Positions 20,604 to 37,656 of a DNA stretch of 64,000 nt are shown here, piece after piece (positions within the stretch are counted from its first letter, which is position 1; each line of letters begins with the position of its first letter). The notes beneath the pieces were generated by a model. The model made no database searches, had not been told where the DNA came from, and saw only the letters and a list, made by a program, of their open reading frames with translations. A program made the translations under genes and the position numbers. The DNA is taken from NCBI GenBank assembly GCA_050250375.1, contig JBFWOS010000001.1, forward strand, positions 544,351 through 608,350, given 5' to 3'. This DNA is from Candidatus Omnitrophota bacterium (lineage in GTDB: Bacteria; Omnitrophota; Gorgyraeia; Zapsychrales; Zapsychraceae).

Positions 20604-20870
20604 CTATGCTGCTTTCACGATTTCTCGAATAATCCAACGTTTATCCTTGGATATCGGGCGAGTTTCCATAATCCAGACAACATCTCCCGCCTTGCTTTCA
20701 TTTTTCTCATCATGCGCTTTAAATTTCTTTGCCACGCGCACAATCTTGTCGTATTTGCTATGCTTAGCAGACGAGCGAATTTGCACAACGCGCGTTTTAT
20801 TCATTTTGTCGCTGACGACAGTACCCTGTAAGAATCGCCGCTTACTTGTTCGCGTTTTTGTTTCGGTCAT
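20604..20870 (-). CDS. rpsQ: 30S ribosomal protein S17
   Basis: 88 aa. Confidence 0.95.
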   Translation of the reverse strand: MTETKTRTSKRRFLQGTVVSDKMNKTRVVQIRSSAKHSKYDKIVRVAKKFKAHDEKNESKAGDVVWIMETRPISKDKRWIIREIVKAA

Positions 20871-21057
20871 TTAACTTTCTCTCTTTTAAAATGGTTAAGC
20901 TTCTGGCAATATCTCTCTTTAACAATCGAAAACTGGACGGTTTTTCTACGGTACCGAGTTTGCGCTGGTAATTAAGATCAAACAATTCTTTCTTAAGACT
21001 TTTTTCCTTAACGATCAGATCTTCAGAACTTAGTTCTCTCAACGCCTTAGCCTTCAT
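20842..21057 (-). CDS. rpmC: 50S ribosomal protein L29
   Basis: 71 aa. Confidence 0.9.
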   Translation of the reverse strand: MKAKALRELSSEDLIVKEKSLKKELFDLNYQRKLGTVEKPSSFRLLKRDIARSLTILKERKLNDRNKNANK

Positions 21058-21473
21058 AGTCTTCCACCCCGTGTAATAAATTTTGTCTTAACTGGAAGTT
21101 TGAACGATACAAGTCTTAGCACAACTTTGGCAAAATCTTCTGGAACACCGCTGATCTCAAATAAAACCTTTCCACGTCTGACGACGGCGACCCAATGGTC
21201 CAACTCCCCTTTGCCTTTTCCCATACGAGTTTCAATAGGTTTCTTAGTAATGGGTTTGCTGGGGAACACATTAATCCAGAGTTTTCCGGCACCCTTCATC
21301 TTACGAGCCACGATAATTCTGCAGGCTTCCATGTGACTGCCTCGAACATATCCGTTTTCCAAAGCCTTTAATCCGTATTCCCCAAAATGAATCTTATCCC
21401 CGACAGTGGCTATGCCACGTCGTTTGCCTTTTTGGGATTTGCGGAATTTTGTTTTTCTTGGCATTAATAACAT
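21054..21473 (-). CDS. rplP: 50S ribosomal protein L16
   Basis: MLLMPRKTKFRKSQKG... Confidence 0.95.
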   Translation of the reverse strand: MLLMPRKTKFRKSQKGKRRGIATVGDKIHFGEYGLKALENGYVRGSHMEACRIIVARKMKGAGKLWINVFPSKPITKKPIETRMGKGKGELDHWVAVVRRGKVLFEISGVPEDFAKVVLRLVSFKLPVKTKFITRGGRL

Positions 21474-21476
21474 CGA

Positions 21477-22172
21477 CTATGCCCCTTTTGTATTTGCTTT
21501 TGCATCAGCTGAATTTTCTTCGCCGATATAATGACGATTAATCCCCTTAATAACTTCACCTTTATTGATCCAAACCTTAACCCCCAAAAGTCCATATGTC
21601 GTCAACGCTTCGGCAAAACCATAGTCAATATTAGCTCTTAATGTGTGCAATGGAAGTTTTCCTTCCAGATACTTTTCTTTACGCGCCATTTCAGCACCAT
21701 TTAAGCGGCCACCGCACTGAATCTTAATACCTTTTGCCCCTGCCGTCATTGACTGATCGATAGCCCGTTTCATTGCACGTCTAAACGCGACGCGTTTGGC
21801 CAATTGGAAAGCAACGTTTTGCGCGACCAATTGGGCATCAATGGAAGGATTTTTAATTTCACGGGTTTCAATCGCAATCTCTTTTGAAGAAATCCCCGCC
21901 AATTCCCCTTTTAAACGATCAATGTCGGCCCCTCGTCTCCCGATGATAACCCCTGGACGAGCCGTATGAATAATAATTTTAGTTTTATCAGCTAACCTTT
22001 CGATAATAACCTTGGACACCGCCGCTTGAATAAATTTTTTCTTAATAAATTGACGAATCTTGTAATCTTCGACCACATTCTTTTGAAACTCCCCCTTGTC
22101 GGCAAACCAAAGGCTTCTCCAGTTTTCAATATAACCAATTCTTAATACTATAGGGTTTACTTTTTGTCCCAC
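21477..22172 (-). CDS. rpsC: 30S ribosomal protein S3
   Basis: 231 aa; KH domain. Confidence 0.95.
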   Translation of the reverse strand: MGQKVNPIVLRIGYIENWRSLWFADKGEFQKNVVEDYKIRQFIKKKFIQAAVSKVIIERLADKTKIIIHTARPGVIIGRRGADIDRLKGELAGISSKEIAIETREIKNPSIDAQLVAQNVAFQLAKRVAFRRAMKRAIDQSMTAGAKGIKIQCGGRLNGAEMARKEKYLEGKLPLHTLRANIDYGFAEALTTYGLLGVKVWINKGEVIKGINRHYIGEENSADAKANTKGA

Positions 22173-22185
22173 TTATCATGACTCC

Positions 22186-22521
22186 TTATTTGGTAACCAG
22201 ATCTAATTCAATCGTTAAATGGCTTGTTCTCTTTAAAATTCCTGTCGCCCGTCCAAAGGCAGCCGCCCTGAATCGTTTCCAGGATGGGCCTTGATCAGCT
22301 ACAATCTTTGATATGAAAAGTTGATCTTCACTCAATCCCTTTTGTTTAGCATTATTAATCGCAGAATTGAGTACTTTGGCAACCATCTTGGTCGAACCTT
22401 TATTGACGTGAGTTAAGATCGCCAATGACGGCAAAACTTGCTTACCTCGAATCAAATTAATGACCAAGCGTAACTTAGTTGGTGAAACTCTAAAATATCT
22501 TCCTTTTGCTTGTGCAATCAT
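22186..22521 (-). CDS. rplV: 50S ribosomal protein L22
   Basis: 111 aa. Confidence 0.95.
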   Translation of the reverse strand: MIAQAKGRYFRVSPTKLRLVINLIRGKQVLPSLAILTHVNKGSTKMVAKVLNSAINNAKQKGLSEDQLFISKIVADQGPSWKRFRAAAFGRATGILKRTSHLTIELDLVTK

Positions 22522-22532
22522 TTTCTATTACC

Positions 22533-22820
22533 CTATGTTTTCTGCGGTGCTTTTTTGGCTTTGACCCCGCCATGTTTCCTAAATGTTCTCGAAGGCGCAA
22601 AATCCCCCAGTTTAAATCCAACCATGTTTTCCGTGATAAAAACAGGAACATGTTTTCGCCCATCATATACAGCTATAGTAAAACCCACAAATTCCGGCGT
22701 TATGGTTGAACGTCTGGACCAAGTTTTTATCTGATCCCTTCTTCCAGAACCAATAACTCTACTCATTTTTTTCTCAAGGGAAGGTTCAACATACGGCCCT
22801 TTTTTAACTGAACGTGTCAT
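22533..22820 (-). CDS. rpsS: 30S ribosomal protein S19
   Basis: ORF track gives 22533..22961. Trimmed to ATG at 22818-22820 ([15 protein letters not shown]...), 1 nt after rplB stop; upstream part of that ORF is out-of-frame rplB. Confidence 0.9.
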   Translation of the reverse strand: MTRSVKKGPYVEPSLEKKMSRVIGSGRRDQIKTWSRRSTITPEFVGFTIAVYDGRKHVPVFITENMVGFKLGDFAPSRTFRKHGGVKAKKAPQKT

Positions 22821-22821
22821 A

Positions 22822-23661
22822 TTACTTCGCCCCTCTTCTTCTAACGATATATTTATCAGAATATTTTTGCCTGCTTCTTGTTTTATAACCTTTCGTCGGC
22901 TTTCCCCATGGAGTAACAGGATGCGGGTTTCCTTGAGGAGCTTTTCCTTCACCACCACCATGCGGGTGATCGACCGGGTTCATTGCAACCCCTCTTACGC
23001 CGCCTTTACGCCCCATCCATCTCATTCGTCCAGCTTTCCCAATCATTTTCGTTTCATGTTCAACGTTACCAATTTGACCGATAGTCGCCCGACACATAAT
23101 CCGAATTTTTCGGACTTCACTTGAAGGCATTCGTATAAACGCATAATCACCTTCTTTAGCCATAATCTGCGCCGATGTCCCGGCCGAACGGGCTATCTGT
23201 CCGCCTCTTCCAGGAACCAATTCAATGTTATGTACCGCCGTACCTAACGGAATTTCTTTTAAAGGCATACAATTTCCTGCTTTAAAATCCACTGAATTTT
23301 CTTTGGTACTTTCAATCTTGTCTCCAACTTTCAAGTCCAAAGGTGCAAGAATATAAGATTTTACTCCATCACTATACTGAATTAGGGCAATTCTACAAGT
23401 TCGATTCGGATCATATTCAATAGCAAGTACTTCTGCCTGACTATCAATACGATCCCTTTTGAAATCAACCAGCCGATACATCCTCTTATGCCCACCCCCT
23501 CGGTAACGAGAGGTTACCCGTCCATTTGAATTTCTTCCGCCAGATTTCTTTAATGGCCGTAAAAGCGACTTTTCAGGCTTAGATTTGGTTATTTCTTTGA
23601 AATCTGATGATTTTGTATGCCTTAAACTTGGCGTAGTTGGCTTAAATGTTTTAATTCCCAC
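22822..23661 (-). CDS. rplB: 50S ribosomal protein L2
   Basis: 279 aa. Confidence 0.95.
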   Translation of the reverse strand: MGIKTFKPTTPSLRHTKSSDFKEITKSKPEKSLLRPLKKSGGRNSNGRVTSRYRGGGHKRMYRLVDFKRDRIDSQAEVLAIEYDPNRTCRIALIQYSDGVKSYILAPLDLKVGDKIESTKENSVDFKAGNCMPLKEIPLGTAVHNIELVPGRGGQIARSAGTSAQIMAKEGDYAFIRMPSSEVRKIRIMCRATIGQIGNVEHETKMIGKAGRMRWMGRKGGVRGVAMNPVDHPHGGGEGKAPQGNPHPVTPWGKPTKGYKTRSRQKYSDKYIVRRRGAK

Positions 23662-23663
23662 GA

Positions 23664-23942
23664 TTATGTAACCTCAATTTTGCTGCCATCTTTTAGTTTA
23701 ACTATTGCTTTTTTCCAAGGTGTTGTAGAACCCGGTATTTGTCTGACCCTTCTTAATTTTCCTTTTACAAATAAGGTATTAACCGAGTCCACTTTCACTT
23801 TATAAATCTCTTCTACGGCATTCTTGATTTCAATTTTGTTAGCAAAAGGTGCCACTTTAAAAAGATACTGATTTTGTGATTCAAGATCTGTACCTTTTTC
23901 TGTCCTTACTAAAGTCTTGATGATATCAAAACATGTTTTCAT
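23664..23942 (-). CDS. rplW: 50S ribosomal protein L23
   Basis: 92 aa. Confidence 0.95.
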   Translation of the reverse strand: MKTCFDIIKTLVRTEKGTDLESQNQYLFKVAPFANKIEIKNAVEEIYKVKVDSVNTLFVKGKLRRVRQIPGSTTPWKKAIVKLKDGSKIEVT

Positions 23943-23962
23943 TATTTTAACTCTCTTAACGT

Positions 23963-24598
23963 TTATTTATCTTTATCTGAAATTCTGGTGATAATGTCAT
24001 TCAATGCCGTTTTCGATAGTATGACAAACTTATGTTTAAGAATATCTAGCGCATTGATATCTTGTGACCTAACTAAATCAAAATAGGCAATATTCCTTGA
24101 TACCCTGAACACAGCATCGTTACTTCCATCTAATGCAGCTACTACTTTTCCCTCAACACTTAATTTGTTCAAGATAGAAGAAAACTCTTTTGTTTTCTTG
24201 AAGTCGTCTTTTAAATCTTCAATACACAGCAATTTCTTTTCATTCAAGCGCGCCTTTAAACTTTCAATTAAGGCAATTCGACGAATCTTCTTAGGCAATG
24301 AATACCCAAAATCTCTGGGATGCGGTCCGAACACAACCCCCCCTTTTCTCCACAAAGGAGATCGGGAAGACCCGGCCCGCGCACGACCAGTACCCTTTTG
24401 CTTGAAAGGTTTTTTCCCCCCACCACTTATGGATCCACGCTCTTTGGTGGATGCTGTACCCTGGCGAAGTGATGCGTTGTACATCAGTATAGCCTGGTGA
24501 ATGACGTCTTGATTAACCTGATCATCAAATATTTCCTTTGGTAAATCAATGCTTCCGCTTTCTTTTCCTTCTTTATTATAAACAACTAACTTAGACAC
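23963..24598 (-). CDS. rplD: 50S ribosomal protein L4
   Basis: 211 aa. Confidence 0.95.
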   Translation of the reverse strand: MSKLVVYNKEGKESGSIDLPKEIFDDQVNQDVIHQAILMYNASLRQGTASTKERGSISGGGKKPFKQKGTGRARAGSSRSPLWRKGGVVFGPHPRDFGYSLPKKIRRIALIESLKARLNEKKLLCIEDLKDDFKKTKEFSSILNKLSVEGKVVAALDGSNDAVFRVSRNIAYFDLVRSQDINALDILKHKFVILSKTALNDIITRISDKDK

Positions 24599-24600
24599 GA

Positions 24601-25473
24601 TTATTTACCTTTTTTCTTTGTTGCGCCCGCTTTGGCCTTACTTTGCTTCATCGGGTTAACTTTATGTTGAACCGTTGCTTTCACTTCATTCAATTCCCGC
24701 CAAACTTTCTTACGTGAAAGAAATATCGAAATGATACCATTTTTGTGACCCGGGACAGCACCTTTCAAAAGAAGCAGATTATTTTTCTTATCTACATCCA
24801 TGACGCGAAGCCCCTGGGTCGTCACTCGCACGTCGCCCATATGACCGGGCATCGTTCGTCCTCTTAATGTCCTTGAGGGTTCCGCACTCATACTAATCGA
24901 ACCGACCCGTCTATGGTGCATGGATCCGTGGCCTGCCGGTCCTCCACCCCATCCATGGCGTTTCATCCCCCCCTGAAAACCTTTTCCAATTGAAGTCCCG
25001 ACAACATCGACATAATCCCCTGCCTTAAAAACATCTACGTTTATTTTCTGTCCAATCTTGTAAGGAGCGGCTTTCTTTGATTTAAATTCGCGAATAACCT
25101 TAACCGGGGCTGTTCCAATCTTCTTAAAAAACCCTAAATTGGCCTTGTTGCTTCTCTTTTCTTTAATTGACCCGAAGCCAATTTTGACCCTTGTCGCGTC
25201 TTCCTTTAATTCTAGGACAGTACAGGGACCACTCTCAATTACGGTTACAGGTATCACGTTTCCATCCGGATCAAAGATTTGAGTCATTCCGATTTTACGT
25301 CCGATTAGACCGCTTATCGTATGTTCAATAGACTCTTCTGTAACCACCGGTTCTTGTTCTGCAGCCGTGTTTTCATGGACATCATTGCTTGAAACTGCTT
25401 TTTCCACAGCTTCCTGAATGACGCTAGTATTCTCAGACTTTGATTCTTCTTGTTTATCTTTTTCTTCAGACAT
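24601..25473 (-). CDS. rplC: 50S ribosomal protein L3 with acidic N-terminal (~50 aa) and basic C-terminal (~35 aa) extensions
   Basis: 290 aa; canonical L3 start GLIGRKIGMTQIF sits at residue ~55. Confidence 0.9.
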   Translation of the reverse strand: MSEEKDKQEESKSENTSVIQEAVEKAVSSNDVHENTAAEQEPVVTEESIEHTISGLIGRKIGMTQIFDPDGNVIPVTVIESGPCTVLELKEDATRVKIGFGSIKEKRSNKANLGFFKKIGTAPVKVIREFKSKKAAPYKIGQKINVDVFKAGDYVDVVGTSIGKGFQGGMKRHGWGGGPAGHGSMHHRRVGSISMSAEPSRTLRGRTMPGHMGDVRVTTQGLRVMDVDKKNNLLLLKGAVPGHKNGIISIFLSRKKVWRELNEVKATVQHKVNPMKQSKAKAGATKKKGK

Positions 25474-25515
25474 TTTTTGGAATTACCATTTTTTTTAATG
25501 TGACTAAATCCGGGA

Positions 25516-25818
25516 TTATTGTTTTATTTCAACGTCCACACCTGCAGGCAGATTCAACTTTCTTAAAGCTTCGACTGTTTTTGCCGTCGGCTCAAGTAAG
25601 TCAATCAATCTTTTATGTGTGGCTAATCCGAATTGTTCACGAGACTTTTTATCAATAACCGGCGAACGTAGGACCGTGTACAACTCTTTTTTTGTCGGCA
25701 ACGGTACGGGGCCTGAAATCTTCGCGCCTGTACGTATGGCTGTGTCAACAATTTCCTGAGCGGACTGATCAATTAACCGGTGATCAAAAGCCTTTAATTT
25801 TATTCGTATTTTTTGCAT
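25516..25818 (-). CDS. rpsJ: 30S ribosomal protein S10
   Basis: 100 aa. Confidence 0.95.
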   Translation of the reverse strand: MQKIRIKLKAFDHRLIDQSAQEIVDTAIRTGAKISGPVPLPTKKELYTVLRSPVIDKKSREQFGLATHKRLIDLLEPTAKTVEALRKLNLPAGVDVEIKQ

Positions 25819-25839
25819 GCTAATTTAATTTTCCCTTAA

Positions 25840-27033
25840 TTAAGCGATTACTTCGTGAATAACCCCTGCGCCAACTGTTCGACCACCTTCACGGATAGCG
25901 AAACGCAATTCTTTTTCCATCGCGATAGGCACAATCAATTCAACTTCCATTTCAACGTTATCCCCGGGCATAACCATTTCAGTTCCGTCAGGAAGTTTTG
26001 CTGAACCGGTTACGTCTGTAGTTCTAAAATAGAATTGAGGTCTATATCCATTAAAGAATGGAGTGTGTCGCCCACCTTCTTCTTTAGTTAAGATATATGC
26101 TTTAGCCTTAAACTTTGTATGCGGGGTAATTGTACCTTTAGCCGACAAAACTTGCCCACGTTCAATTGTTGTTTTATCAACACCTCTCAAAAGCAATCCA
26201 ACGTTATCTCCGGCCTGGCCTTGATCCAATTCCTTACGAAACATTTCAACACCAGTTACAACAGTATTTAGAACTTCTTTTTTCATACCGACGATATCAA
26301 TTTCCTCGCCGACTTTAACCTTACCTCTTTCAATACGGCCAGTAGCTACCGTGCCCCGTCCAGAAATTGAAAAGACGTCTTCGACAGCCATCAAAAACGG
26401 CTTATCAAGTTCGCGCACAGGTTCTGGAATAAATTTGTCAACGGCATCCATCAAATCCATGATCGGCTTTATTTTTGCCGGATCTTCAGGATTTTCTAAG
26501 GCATGAAGCGCACTTCCTCTAATAATAGGAGTATTGTCGCCATCATAATCATATTTGGATAAAAGTTCACGAAGCTCTAATTCAACCAAGTCTAACAATT
26601 CAGCGTCTTCAACTTGATCACATTTATTCATAAAAACCACAATCTTAGGAACATTTACCTGTCGGGCCAAAAGAATATGTTCTTTTGTCTGAGGCATTGC
26701 ACCATCCGCGGCGGAAACACACAAAATGGCACCGTCCATCTGAGCTGCTCCAGTAATCATGTTTTTAATATAGTCAGCGTGACCTGGACAATCAATGTGC
26801 GCATAATGACGGATATCCGTTTGATACTCAAGGTGTGAAATATTTATCGTAACACCCCGTTCTTTTTCTTCCGGAGCGTTATCAATTTGATCATAGGCCT
26901 TAGCTTCAGCCTTACCTTGTTTAGAAAGTATCGTACAAATCGCAGCACTCAACGTTGTTTTACCATGATCAACGTGACCAATGGTTCCGATATTCAAGTG
27001 CGGTTTATTTCTTACGAATTTTTCTTTTGCCAT
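25840..27033 (-). CDS. tuf: Elongation factor Tu
   Basis: 397 aa; [10 protein letters not shown]. Confidence 0.97.
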   Translation of the reverse strand: MAKEKFVRNKPHLNIGTIGHVDHGKTTLSAAICTILSKQGKAEAKAYDQIDNAPEEKERGVTINISHLEYQTDIRHYAHIDCPGHADYIKNMITGAAQMDGAILCVSAADGAMPQTKEHILLARQVNVPKIVVFMNKCDQVEDAELLDLVELELRELLSKYDYDGDNTPIIRGSALHALENPEDPAKIKPIMDLMDAVDKFIPEPVRELDKPFLMAVEDVFSISGRGTVATGRIERGKVKVGEEIDIVGMKKEVLNTVVTGVEMFRKELDQGQAGDNVGLLLRGVDKTTIERGQVLSAKGTITPHTKFKAKAYILTKEEGGRHTPFFNGYRPQFYFRTTDVTGSAKLPDGTEMVMPGDNVEMEVELIVPIAMEKELRFAIREGGRTVGAGVIHEVIA

Positions 27034-27087
27034 TTTTTTGGTTCCTCCTTTAAAATATTTAGGAATAACGCATTATTCTATTTATAA

Positions 27088-29172
27088 TTAGTCTTTCTTG
27101 CGGCCCTCAACAACTTTATCGGCAACATGCTGTGGAACCACATCATAAAATGCCGGTTCCATCGAAAAAGAAGCCCGCCCTTGAGAAAGAGATCGAATTG
27201 CATTTACATAATTAAACATTTCCGATAACGGAACGTGACATCGCGTCGTTTTTAAATTTGCTCTCATGCCAGTTTCCAATATAATGGCTCGTCGTGTATT
27301 TATATCACCCATTACAGCGCTATAAAATTGATCCGGTGATTCTAACTCTACGATCATAATCGGTTCGAGCAGAACTGGGGATGCCGCCTTTAAACCTTTT
27401 TTTAGCGCTTCTTTGGCAGCTAATTGGAACGCCAATTCACTTGAATCGACATCATGATACGAACCATCAAATAATACGACTCTAAAATCAGTTACCGGAT
27501 ATCCCGCGATGACGCCGGAATTCGCACCTTCCCGTATACCTTTTTCAATAGGCTTGATAAATTCACGAGGAATTGTTCCACCTTTTATTTCATTTATAAA
27601 AACTATTCCATCGCCCTTTTTCTCAGTGGGTTCAATATTAACAACAACGTGTCCATATTGACCGCGCCCACCGCTTTGGGAAATGAATTTTCCTTCAATA
27701 TTTTTTGCCGGCTTGGTGATGGTCTCTTTATAGGCTACCTCTGGACGGCCCGTATCAGCCTCCATATTAAATTCTCTTTTCATACGGTCAACAATGATTT
27801 CCAAATGCAACTCACCCATACCAGAGATAATGGTCTGTGCTGTTTCCTGGTCATACGTTACCCGAAGGGACGGGTCTTCGTCCAAAAATTTCTTTAAAGT
27901 TAATCCCATTTTATCAGAGTCGGCTTTGGTCCTTGGCTCAATCGACATAGAGACAACCGGTTCAGGGATACGCATATTTTCCAATAGAACCTTATTGTCC
28001 GGATCACAGACTGTATTTCCGGTCTTTGTGTCCTTTAGACCGACAAGACAAACAATGTCGCCTGCCTCAGCCCGTTGAACAATTTCTTGTTTATTGGCAT
28101 GCATGACGACAATTTTAGAAACCCTTTCCTTCTTCTGTTCCGACGAGTTATAAATCTGGGAACCTGACTCTAAAGTTCCAGAATATATTCTTGTATAAAA
28201 GAGTTTTCCAACATACGGATCAGTAGCCACTTTAAAAACCAAAGCACTTAACGGCTCCTTAGGATCCGGGTTACGGAGAACTTCTTCATTGGTTACAGGG
28301 ACAATACCCTTTACCGGCGGAACATCCAATGGAGAAGGCAGGTAATCGGCAACCGCATCTAACACTCGCTGAACGCCTTTGTTTCTAAGCGCAGTCCCTG
28401 TTAGAACAGGCAAAAATTTGTTAGCAATTACAGCTCTTCTTATTCCCGCTTTAATTTCTGGAACACTTATTTCTTTATCATCCAAGAATTTCTCAGCTAT
28501 TTCATCATCGGCATCCGCCAGTCGTTCAATCAACTCATGACGGGCTTTTTCCACACGCTCTTTCCACTCTTCGGGAACATCTCTCTCTTCTATATCAGTA
28601 CCGTCATCATTTGTATAAACATAATATTTTCTTTGAATAAGGTCAAATAAACCCGAGAATTGATCTTCTGTACCATTCGGCAATTGCAGAGGCGTTGCAT
28701 TAACACCCAAACGCTCTCTCATTTGCTCCAAAACTCTTTCAAAACTAGCCCCCAAACGATCAAGTTTATTAATAAAGGCAATCCGAGGCACACCGTAACG
28801 GTCGGCCTGACGCCAAACAGTTTCAGTTTGAGATTGAACCCCACTCGTCGCACACAATACCACCACAGCCCCATCCAAAACTTTTAAGGATCGTTCAACT
28901 TCGATCGTAAAGTCAACGTGCCCAGGAGTATCAATGATATTTAACTTTTTTCCCTTCCATTGGGCTGTTGTATTGGCCGCTGTTATCGTAATACCCCGCT
29001 CTTGCTCTTGTTCCATCCAATCCATGGTAGCATTACCTTCATCAACGGTACCCATTTTATGGATAACGCCGGTATAATACAAAATCCGCTCAGTCGTCGT
29101 CGTCTTACCTGCGTCAATATGCGCAATAATACCGAAATTTCTGTAATCTTTTAGTGGTGTCTTTTCTGACAT
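27088..29172 (-). CDS. fusA: Elongation factor G
   Basis: 694 aa; [12 protein letters not shown]. Confidence 0.97.
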   Translation of the reverse strand: MSEKTPLKDYRNFGIIAHIDAGKTTTTERILYYTGVIHKMGTVDEGNATMDWMEQEQERGITITAANTTAQWKGKKLNIIDTPGHVDFTIEVERSLKVLDGAVVVLCATSGVQSQTETVWRQADRYGVPRIAFINKLDRLGASFERVLEQMRERLGVNATPLQLPNGTEDQFSGLFDLIQRKYYVYTNDDGTDIEERDVPEEWKERVEKARHELIERLADADDEIAEKFLDDKEISVPEIKAGIRRAVIANKFLPVLTGTALRNKGVQRVLDAVADYLPSPLDVPPVKGIVPVTNEEVLRNPDPKEPLSALVFKVATDPYVGKLFYTRIYSGTLESGSQIYNSSEQKKERVSKIVVMHANKQEIVQRAEAGDIVCLVGLKDTKTGNTVCDPDNKVLLENMRIPEPVVSMSIEPRTKADSDKMGLTLKKFLDEDPSLRVTYDQETAQTIISGMGELHLEIIVDRMKREFNMEADTGRPEVAYKETITKPAKNIEGKFISQSGGRGQYGHVVVNIEPTEKKGDGIVFINEIKGGTIPREFIKPIEKGIREGANSGVIAGYPVTDFRVVLFDGSYHDVDSSELAFQLAAKEALKKGLKAASPVLLEPIMIVELESPDQFYSAVMGDINTRRAIILETGMRANLKTTRCHVPLSEMFNYVNAIRSLSQGRASFSMEPAFYDVVPQHVADKVVEGRKKD

Positions 29173-29213
29173 TGTTTCCTTTATATATATAAATAACTAT
29201 TAATTCGACTTAA

Positions 29214-29684
29214 TTACCAGCGTAAGTGCGCAAAAGCTTTATTCGCATCGGCCATTTTATGAGTGTCATCTCGCTTTTTAACCGCCGCGCCTTCACCTTT
29301 ATATGCCGCCAATAACTCATCAGCCAATTTAACATCCATGGCCCGGCCTTTTTTCTTTTTTGCAAAATCACGAATCCATCTAAACGCCAAAGCATTGGCA
29401 CGGTTATTCGGAACTTCAACCGGAACTTGATATGTCGCACCACCGACCCGTCTGGATTTAACTTCGACTTTTGGGCGAACATTCTCAATGGCCTTATTAA
29501 ATACCTTCAATGGATCATTTTCCTGAGTTTTCTGATTCAAGATTTCAAAGGCACCGTAAACAATATTCTCAGCCACCGTCTTTTTCCCGCCCAACATTAT
29601 GGTATTAATAAATTTTGCAACTAATCGGCTGCTGTATTTTGGATCTGCTAATATTTCTTTTTTTTCTGCGCTGCGTCTTCTCAT
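29214..29684 (-). CDS. rpsG: 30S ribosomal protein S7
   Basis: 156 aa. Confidence 0.95.
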   Translation of the reverse strand: MRRRSAEKKEILADPKYSSRLVAKFINTIMLGGKKTVAENIVYGAFEILNQKTQENDPLKVFNKAIENVRPKVEVKSRRVGGATYQVPVEVPNNRANALAFRWIRDFAKKKKGRAMDVKLADELLAAYKGEGAAVKKRDDTHKMADANKAFAHLRW

Positions 29685-30002
29685 TATCCGTTTTGTTCCT
29701 TCTTTGCTCCGTATTTTGAACGTGATTTTTTTCTTTTGGCCACACCGGATGTGTCTAGCGTTCCTCTTACAATGTGATACCGCACTCCGGGTAAATCTTT
29801 GACCCTACCTCCACGAACAAGTACGATAGAGTGTTCCTGCAGATTATGTCCTTCTCCAGGAATGTAAGATGTGACTTCAAACTTATTCGATAAACGAACC
29901 CTGGCAACTTTCCGTAACGCAGAGTTTGGTTTCTTAGGCGTCATCGTTTTTACTTGCAGACAAACACCGCGACGAAATGGACAATTCGTCAACGCAGGAG
30001 AT

Positions 30003-34130
<4,128 letters not shown>

Positions 34131-34131
34131 A

Positions 34132-37100
34132 TTAATTTTTCTTCTCTTTGTCTTTTAATTTTTCTAAGATTTTTGCGGAACCGTTATCCTGCGCCCCGGC
34201 CCTGACCATCTTGATATCCAAACATAACCCCTGAAGTTCTTTAACCAATACGTTAAACGATTCAGGCGTTCCTGGTATTAATTTTTGCTGTCCTTTGACG
34301 ATCGCTTCATACATCCGGCTACGGCCAGTGACGTCGTCACTTTTAACCGTTAACATTTCCTGAAGGGTGTATGCTGCCCCATAAGCTTCTAAGGCCCAGA
34401 CTTCCATTTCCCCAAATCTCTGCCCCCCAAAGTGAGCTTTACCACCCAAGGGTTGTTGGGTAACAAGCGAATACGGCCCAATGGAACGGGCATGTATTTT
34501 TTCGTCGACAAGATGGTTTAACTTGAGCATATAAATAATCCCGACCGTAACTTTCTGGTCAAAGGGTTCTCCCGTATAACCATCATAGACGGTTGTTTTA
34601 CCATCCTCTGGTAAACCGGCTTCTTTTAATGTCGCCCGTATTTGTTCTTCACTGGCGCCATTAAAAACAGGCGTTTCCGCATGAAAACCTAAGACTCTGG
34701 CAGCCCAACCCAAATGAGTTTCAAGCAATTGTCCTACGTTCATACGAGAAGGCACGCCTAGAGGATTCAAGACTATGTCGACAGATGAACCGTCTGCCAA
34801 AAAAGGCATATCCTGCTCCGGTAAAATCCTGGAAACAATACCCTTATTCCCATGCCGCCCTGCCATCTTATCCCCCTCGGCAAGTTTACGTTTCGTCGCG
34901 ACATAAACAACCACCCTCTTTAACACGCCTGCCGGCAATTCATCGCCGCGCTTAACCCGCTCAACTTCATTAATCTCTTCCTCTTCTAACTCAGCCAATT
35001 TATCCCTGTAGAACCTTAAAACTTCATGCTCGTCGGAATCTTCATCAAAATCACCTAATTTAGCTTTAGATGCTTTCGACTTCGCGACCCCAAGGGCAGC
35101 CAATTTCTTATCTTTTTCTTCTTCAACAAAATCCTTTTCCTGAACGTAATACGCCTTTATCTTTGTAATAACCTCGTTCTCTTTAGTTTTGTCGGCTTTA
35201 CTCTTTCTTCCGCGTTCATTTCTTTGAAATACTTCTGTATTAACGATCACGCCTTCAATCCCTGGAGACAAGGTCAACGATGTATCCCGGATATCCGCTG
35301 CTTTTTCTCCAAATATTGCCCTCAACAACCGTTCTTCAGGTGACAATTCCTTCTCGCTCTTTGGAGTAACTTTTCCAACAAGGATATCGCCGGACTTTAC
35401 CTCAGCTCCGACACGAATAATCCCATCTTCATTAAGATTATTTAGAGCATCTTCGCTGACGTTCGGTATGTCCCGGGTGATTTCTTCATTCCCTAAACGG
35501 GTCTCCCGGCACTCGACTTCAAACTTTTCAATATGGATTGATGTGAACACATCGTTCCGGACGATTCTTTCATTAATCAGGATCGCGTCTTCGAAGTTAT
35601 ATCCGCGCCATGGCATAAAAGCAACAAGCACATTTCGTCCCAGGGCCAGACGTCCATGCTGGGTTGCAATCCCGTCGGCAATAGTTTGCCCGGCTTTTAC
35701 TTTTTCGCCGATATTAACCAGCGGTCTTTGATGGATACAAGTGTTTGCGTTTGTTCTTTGATAGTTTTTGAGAGGATAAACCGTTTTATCAACTACGATT
35801 TCTGAGGCATCAACCTTCGTTACAGTTCCGCTTTCTTTGGAGATGACAACAACCCCGGAATCCCGGGCTACCTTGGCCTCCATACCCGTTCCGACATTCG
35901 GAACTTCCGGGCACATAAGTGGAACAGCCTGCCGTTGCATGTTTGATCCCATCAAAGCCCGGTTGGCGTCATCATGCTCCAGAAACGGAATCAATGATGC
36001 GGCCACCGATACAATCTGCAACGGGGATACATCCATAAAATCAATATCTTTTGGCTTTACCCTTGGGAAATCGGTTTTATAACGGCAAAGGATGTCTGGT
36101 GTTAAAAAGTTTCCATCGGGATCAACCGGGGCATTAGCCTGGGCAATGTATTCAGATTGATCTTTATCAGCCGTTAAAAACACAATCTTCTTAGAAACCT
36201 TTCCATCGGTAACGATACGATAAGGGGTTTCAATAAAACCTAAATCATTGACACGGGCACAATTTGTTAACGATGCAATCAACCCGATATTTGGACCTTC
36301 AGGTGTTTCAATAGGACAGACACGGCCATAATGGGTTGGATGCACGTCGCGAACCTCAAACCCAGCGCGTTCTCTTGATAACCCCCCAGGCCCCAAAGCG
36401 GATAAGCGGCGCTTATGTGTCATCTCTGACAAGGGGTTAACCTGATCCATAAATTGGGATAATTGACTGCGAGCGAAGAAATCTTGGATTTGATTTGAGA
36501 ATAATCTAGAATTAATTAAATGGTGCGCAGTCAGATTTTCAAAATTTGTCATAACAACCAGGCGTTCCTTGATCGAACGTTCTAACCTGGCCAAACCGAT
36601 TCTCACTTGGTTCTGCACTAATTCACCAACGGTTTTAATACGTCGGTTACCAAGGTGATCTATATCATCCGTTTCCCCCGTTCCTTCCCTCAAGCCAACT
36701 AAATAACGAATGACTTCAGCCACCGTGGCAATATCCAGAACCCGGTTCTCCAAGGGAACTTCCATATTGAGCTTACGATTGATAATGTGTCGCCCAACTT
36801 TACTCAAATCATAACGTTTTGGCTCAAAGAACAATCGGAAAAACAAATTATCAGCAACCTCGACTGTCGCAGGTTCGGTCGGTCGCATTTTTCTGTAAAA
36901 ATCAAGCAGCGCTTCTTCTTTGTTTTCGGTGTGATCTTTTTCTAATGTGGCCTCAAGATACTTAAAATCTTCACCTAACATTTGTTTCATCTCATCGGTC
37001 GTAGATAGACCCATGATTCGAAGAATTTGCGAAGCCGGAAAGTTCCTTCGGCGGTCGATGTACGCCAAAAGAACATTATTTAAATCATATTTTATTTCAA

Positions 37101-37608
37101 ACCAAGCACCGCGAGAAGGAATAATTCTTCCATGGTAAATGGCCTTTCCGGTTGGATGCATTTCAACTTCGAAAGAAACACCCGGAGGACGCTGAATTTG
37201 CGAAACAACGACACGCTCATCACCATTAATGATGAATGTACCCGTTTCCGTCATTAAAGGAAAATCTCCGAAATATACTTCCTGCTCTTTAATATCTACC
37301 GGAGTAATCAAACGAAGTTTTACTTTTAAAGGAGCGGCATACGTCATTCCTCTTCGTTTACATTCAATCGAAGAATATTTTTCTTTACCTAGCGTATAAT
37401 TTAAGTATTCAAGCTTTATCTGCCCGTCATAACTTTCTAATGGAAAAACTTCAGCAAATACTTCCTGCAAGCCCAAATCGAGCCTTTTATCGGGAGCCAC
37501 ATCACGCTGCAGAAAGCTTTCGTAAGCGACTAACTGAATATCTAACAACTGTGGAAGTTCAAAATTATCTTTAAACTTACTAAAGTTCTTTATTGTTATG
37601 TTTTCCAT
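34132..37608 (-). CDS. rpoB: DNA-directed RNA polymerase beta subunit
   Basis: 1158 aa. Confidence 0.97.
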   Translation of the reverse strand: MENITIKNFSKFKDNFELPQLLDIQLVAYESFLQRDVAPDKRLDLGLQEVFAEVFPLESYDGQIKLEYLNYTLGKEKYSSIECKRRGMTYAAPLKVKLRLITPVDIKEQEVYFGDFPLMTETGTFIINGDERVVVSQIQRPPGVSFEVEMHPTGKAIYHGRIIPSRGAWFEIKYDLNNVLLAYIDRRRNFPASQILRIMGLSTTDEMKQMLGEDFKYLEATLEKDHTENKEEALLDFYRKMRPTEPATVEVADNLFFRLFFEPKRYDLSKVGRHIINRKLNMEVPLENRVLDIATVAEVIRYLVGLREGTGETDDIDHLGNRRIKTVGELVQNQVRIGLARLERSIKERLVVMTNFENLTAHHLINSRLFSNQIQDFFARSQLSQFMDQVNPLSEMTHKRRLSALGPGGLSRERAGFEVRDVHPTHYGRVCPIETPEGPNIGLIASLTNCARVNDLGFIETPYRIVTDGKVSKKIVFLTADKDQSEYIAQANAPVDPDGNFLTPDILCRYKTDFPRVKPKDIDFMDVSPLQIVSVAASLIPFLEHDDANRALMGSNMQRQAVPLMCPEVPNVGTGMEAKVARDSGVVVISKESGTVTKVDASEIVVDKTVYPLKNYQRTNANTCIHQRPLVNIGEKVKAGQTIADGIATQHGRLALGRNVLVAFMPWRGYNFEDAILINERIVRNDVFTSIHIEKFEVECRETRLGNEEITRDIPNVSEDALNNLNEDGIIRVGAEVKSGDILVGKVTPKSEKELSPEERLLRAIFGEKAADIRDTSLTLSPGIEGVIVNTEVFQRNERGRKSKADKTKENEVITKIKAYYVQEKDFVEEEKDKKLAALGVAKSKASKAKLGDFDEDSDEHEVLRFYRDKLAELEEEEINEVERVKRGDELPAGVLKRVVVYVATKRKLAEGDKMAGRHGNKGIVSRILPEQDMPFLADGSSVDIVLNPLGVPSRMNVGQLLETHLGWAARVLGFHAETPVFNGASEEQIRATLKEAGLPEDGKTTVYDGYTGEPFDQKVTVGIIYMLKLNHLVDEKIHARSIGPYSLVTQQPLGGKAHFGGQRFGEMEVWALEAYGAAYTLQEMLTVKSDDVTGRSRMYEAIVKGQQKLIPGTPESFNVLVKELQGLCLDIKMVRAGAQDNGSAKILEKLKDKEKKN

Positions 37609-37656
37609 AAATGAAATACGCTTTTGGTTAAAGGTTTTAGGTATGTTAAAGACGAA

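Noticed and set aside
22533-22961. Long 142-aa version of the S19 ORF (and similarly long versions of S5 17137..17865, L14 20227..20637, PilO 53549..54196, DUF1844 3769..4308)
   Set aside because: The 5' extensions are out-of-frame read-through of the upstream gene's 3' end. Conserved N-termini and RBS-like sequences support the internal ATGs.
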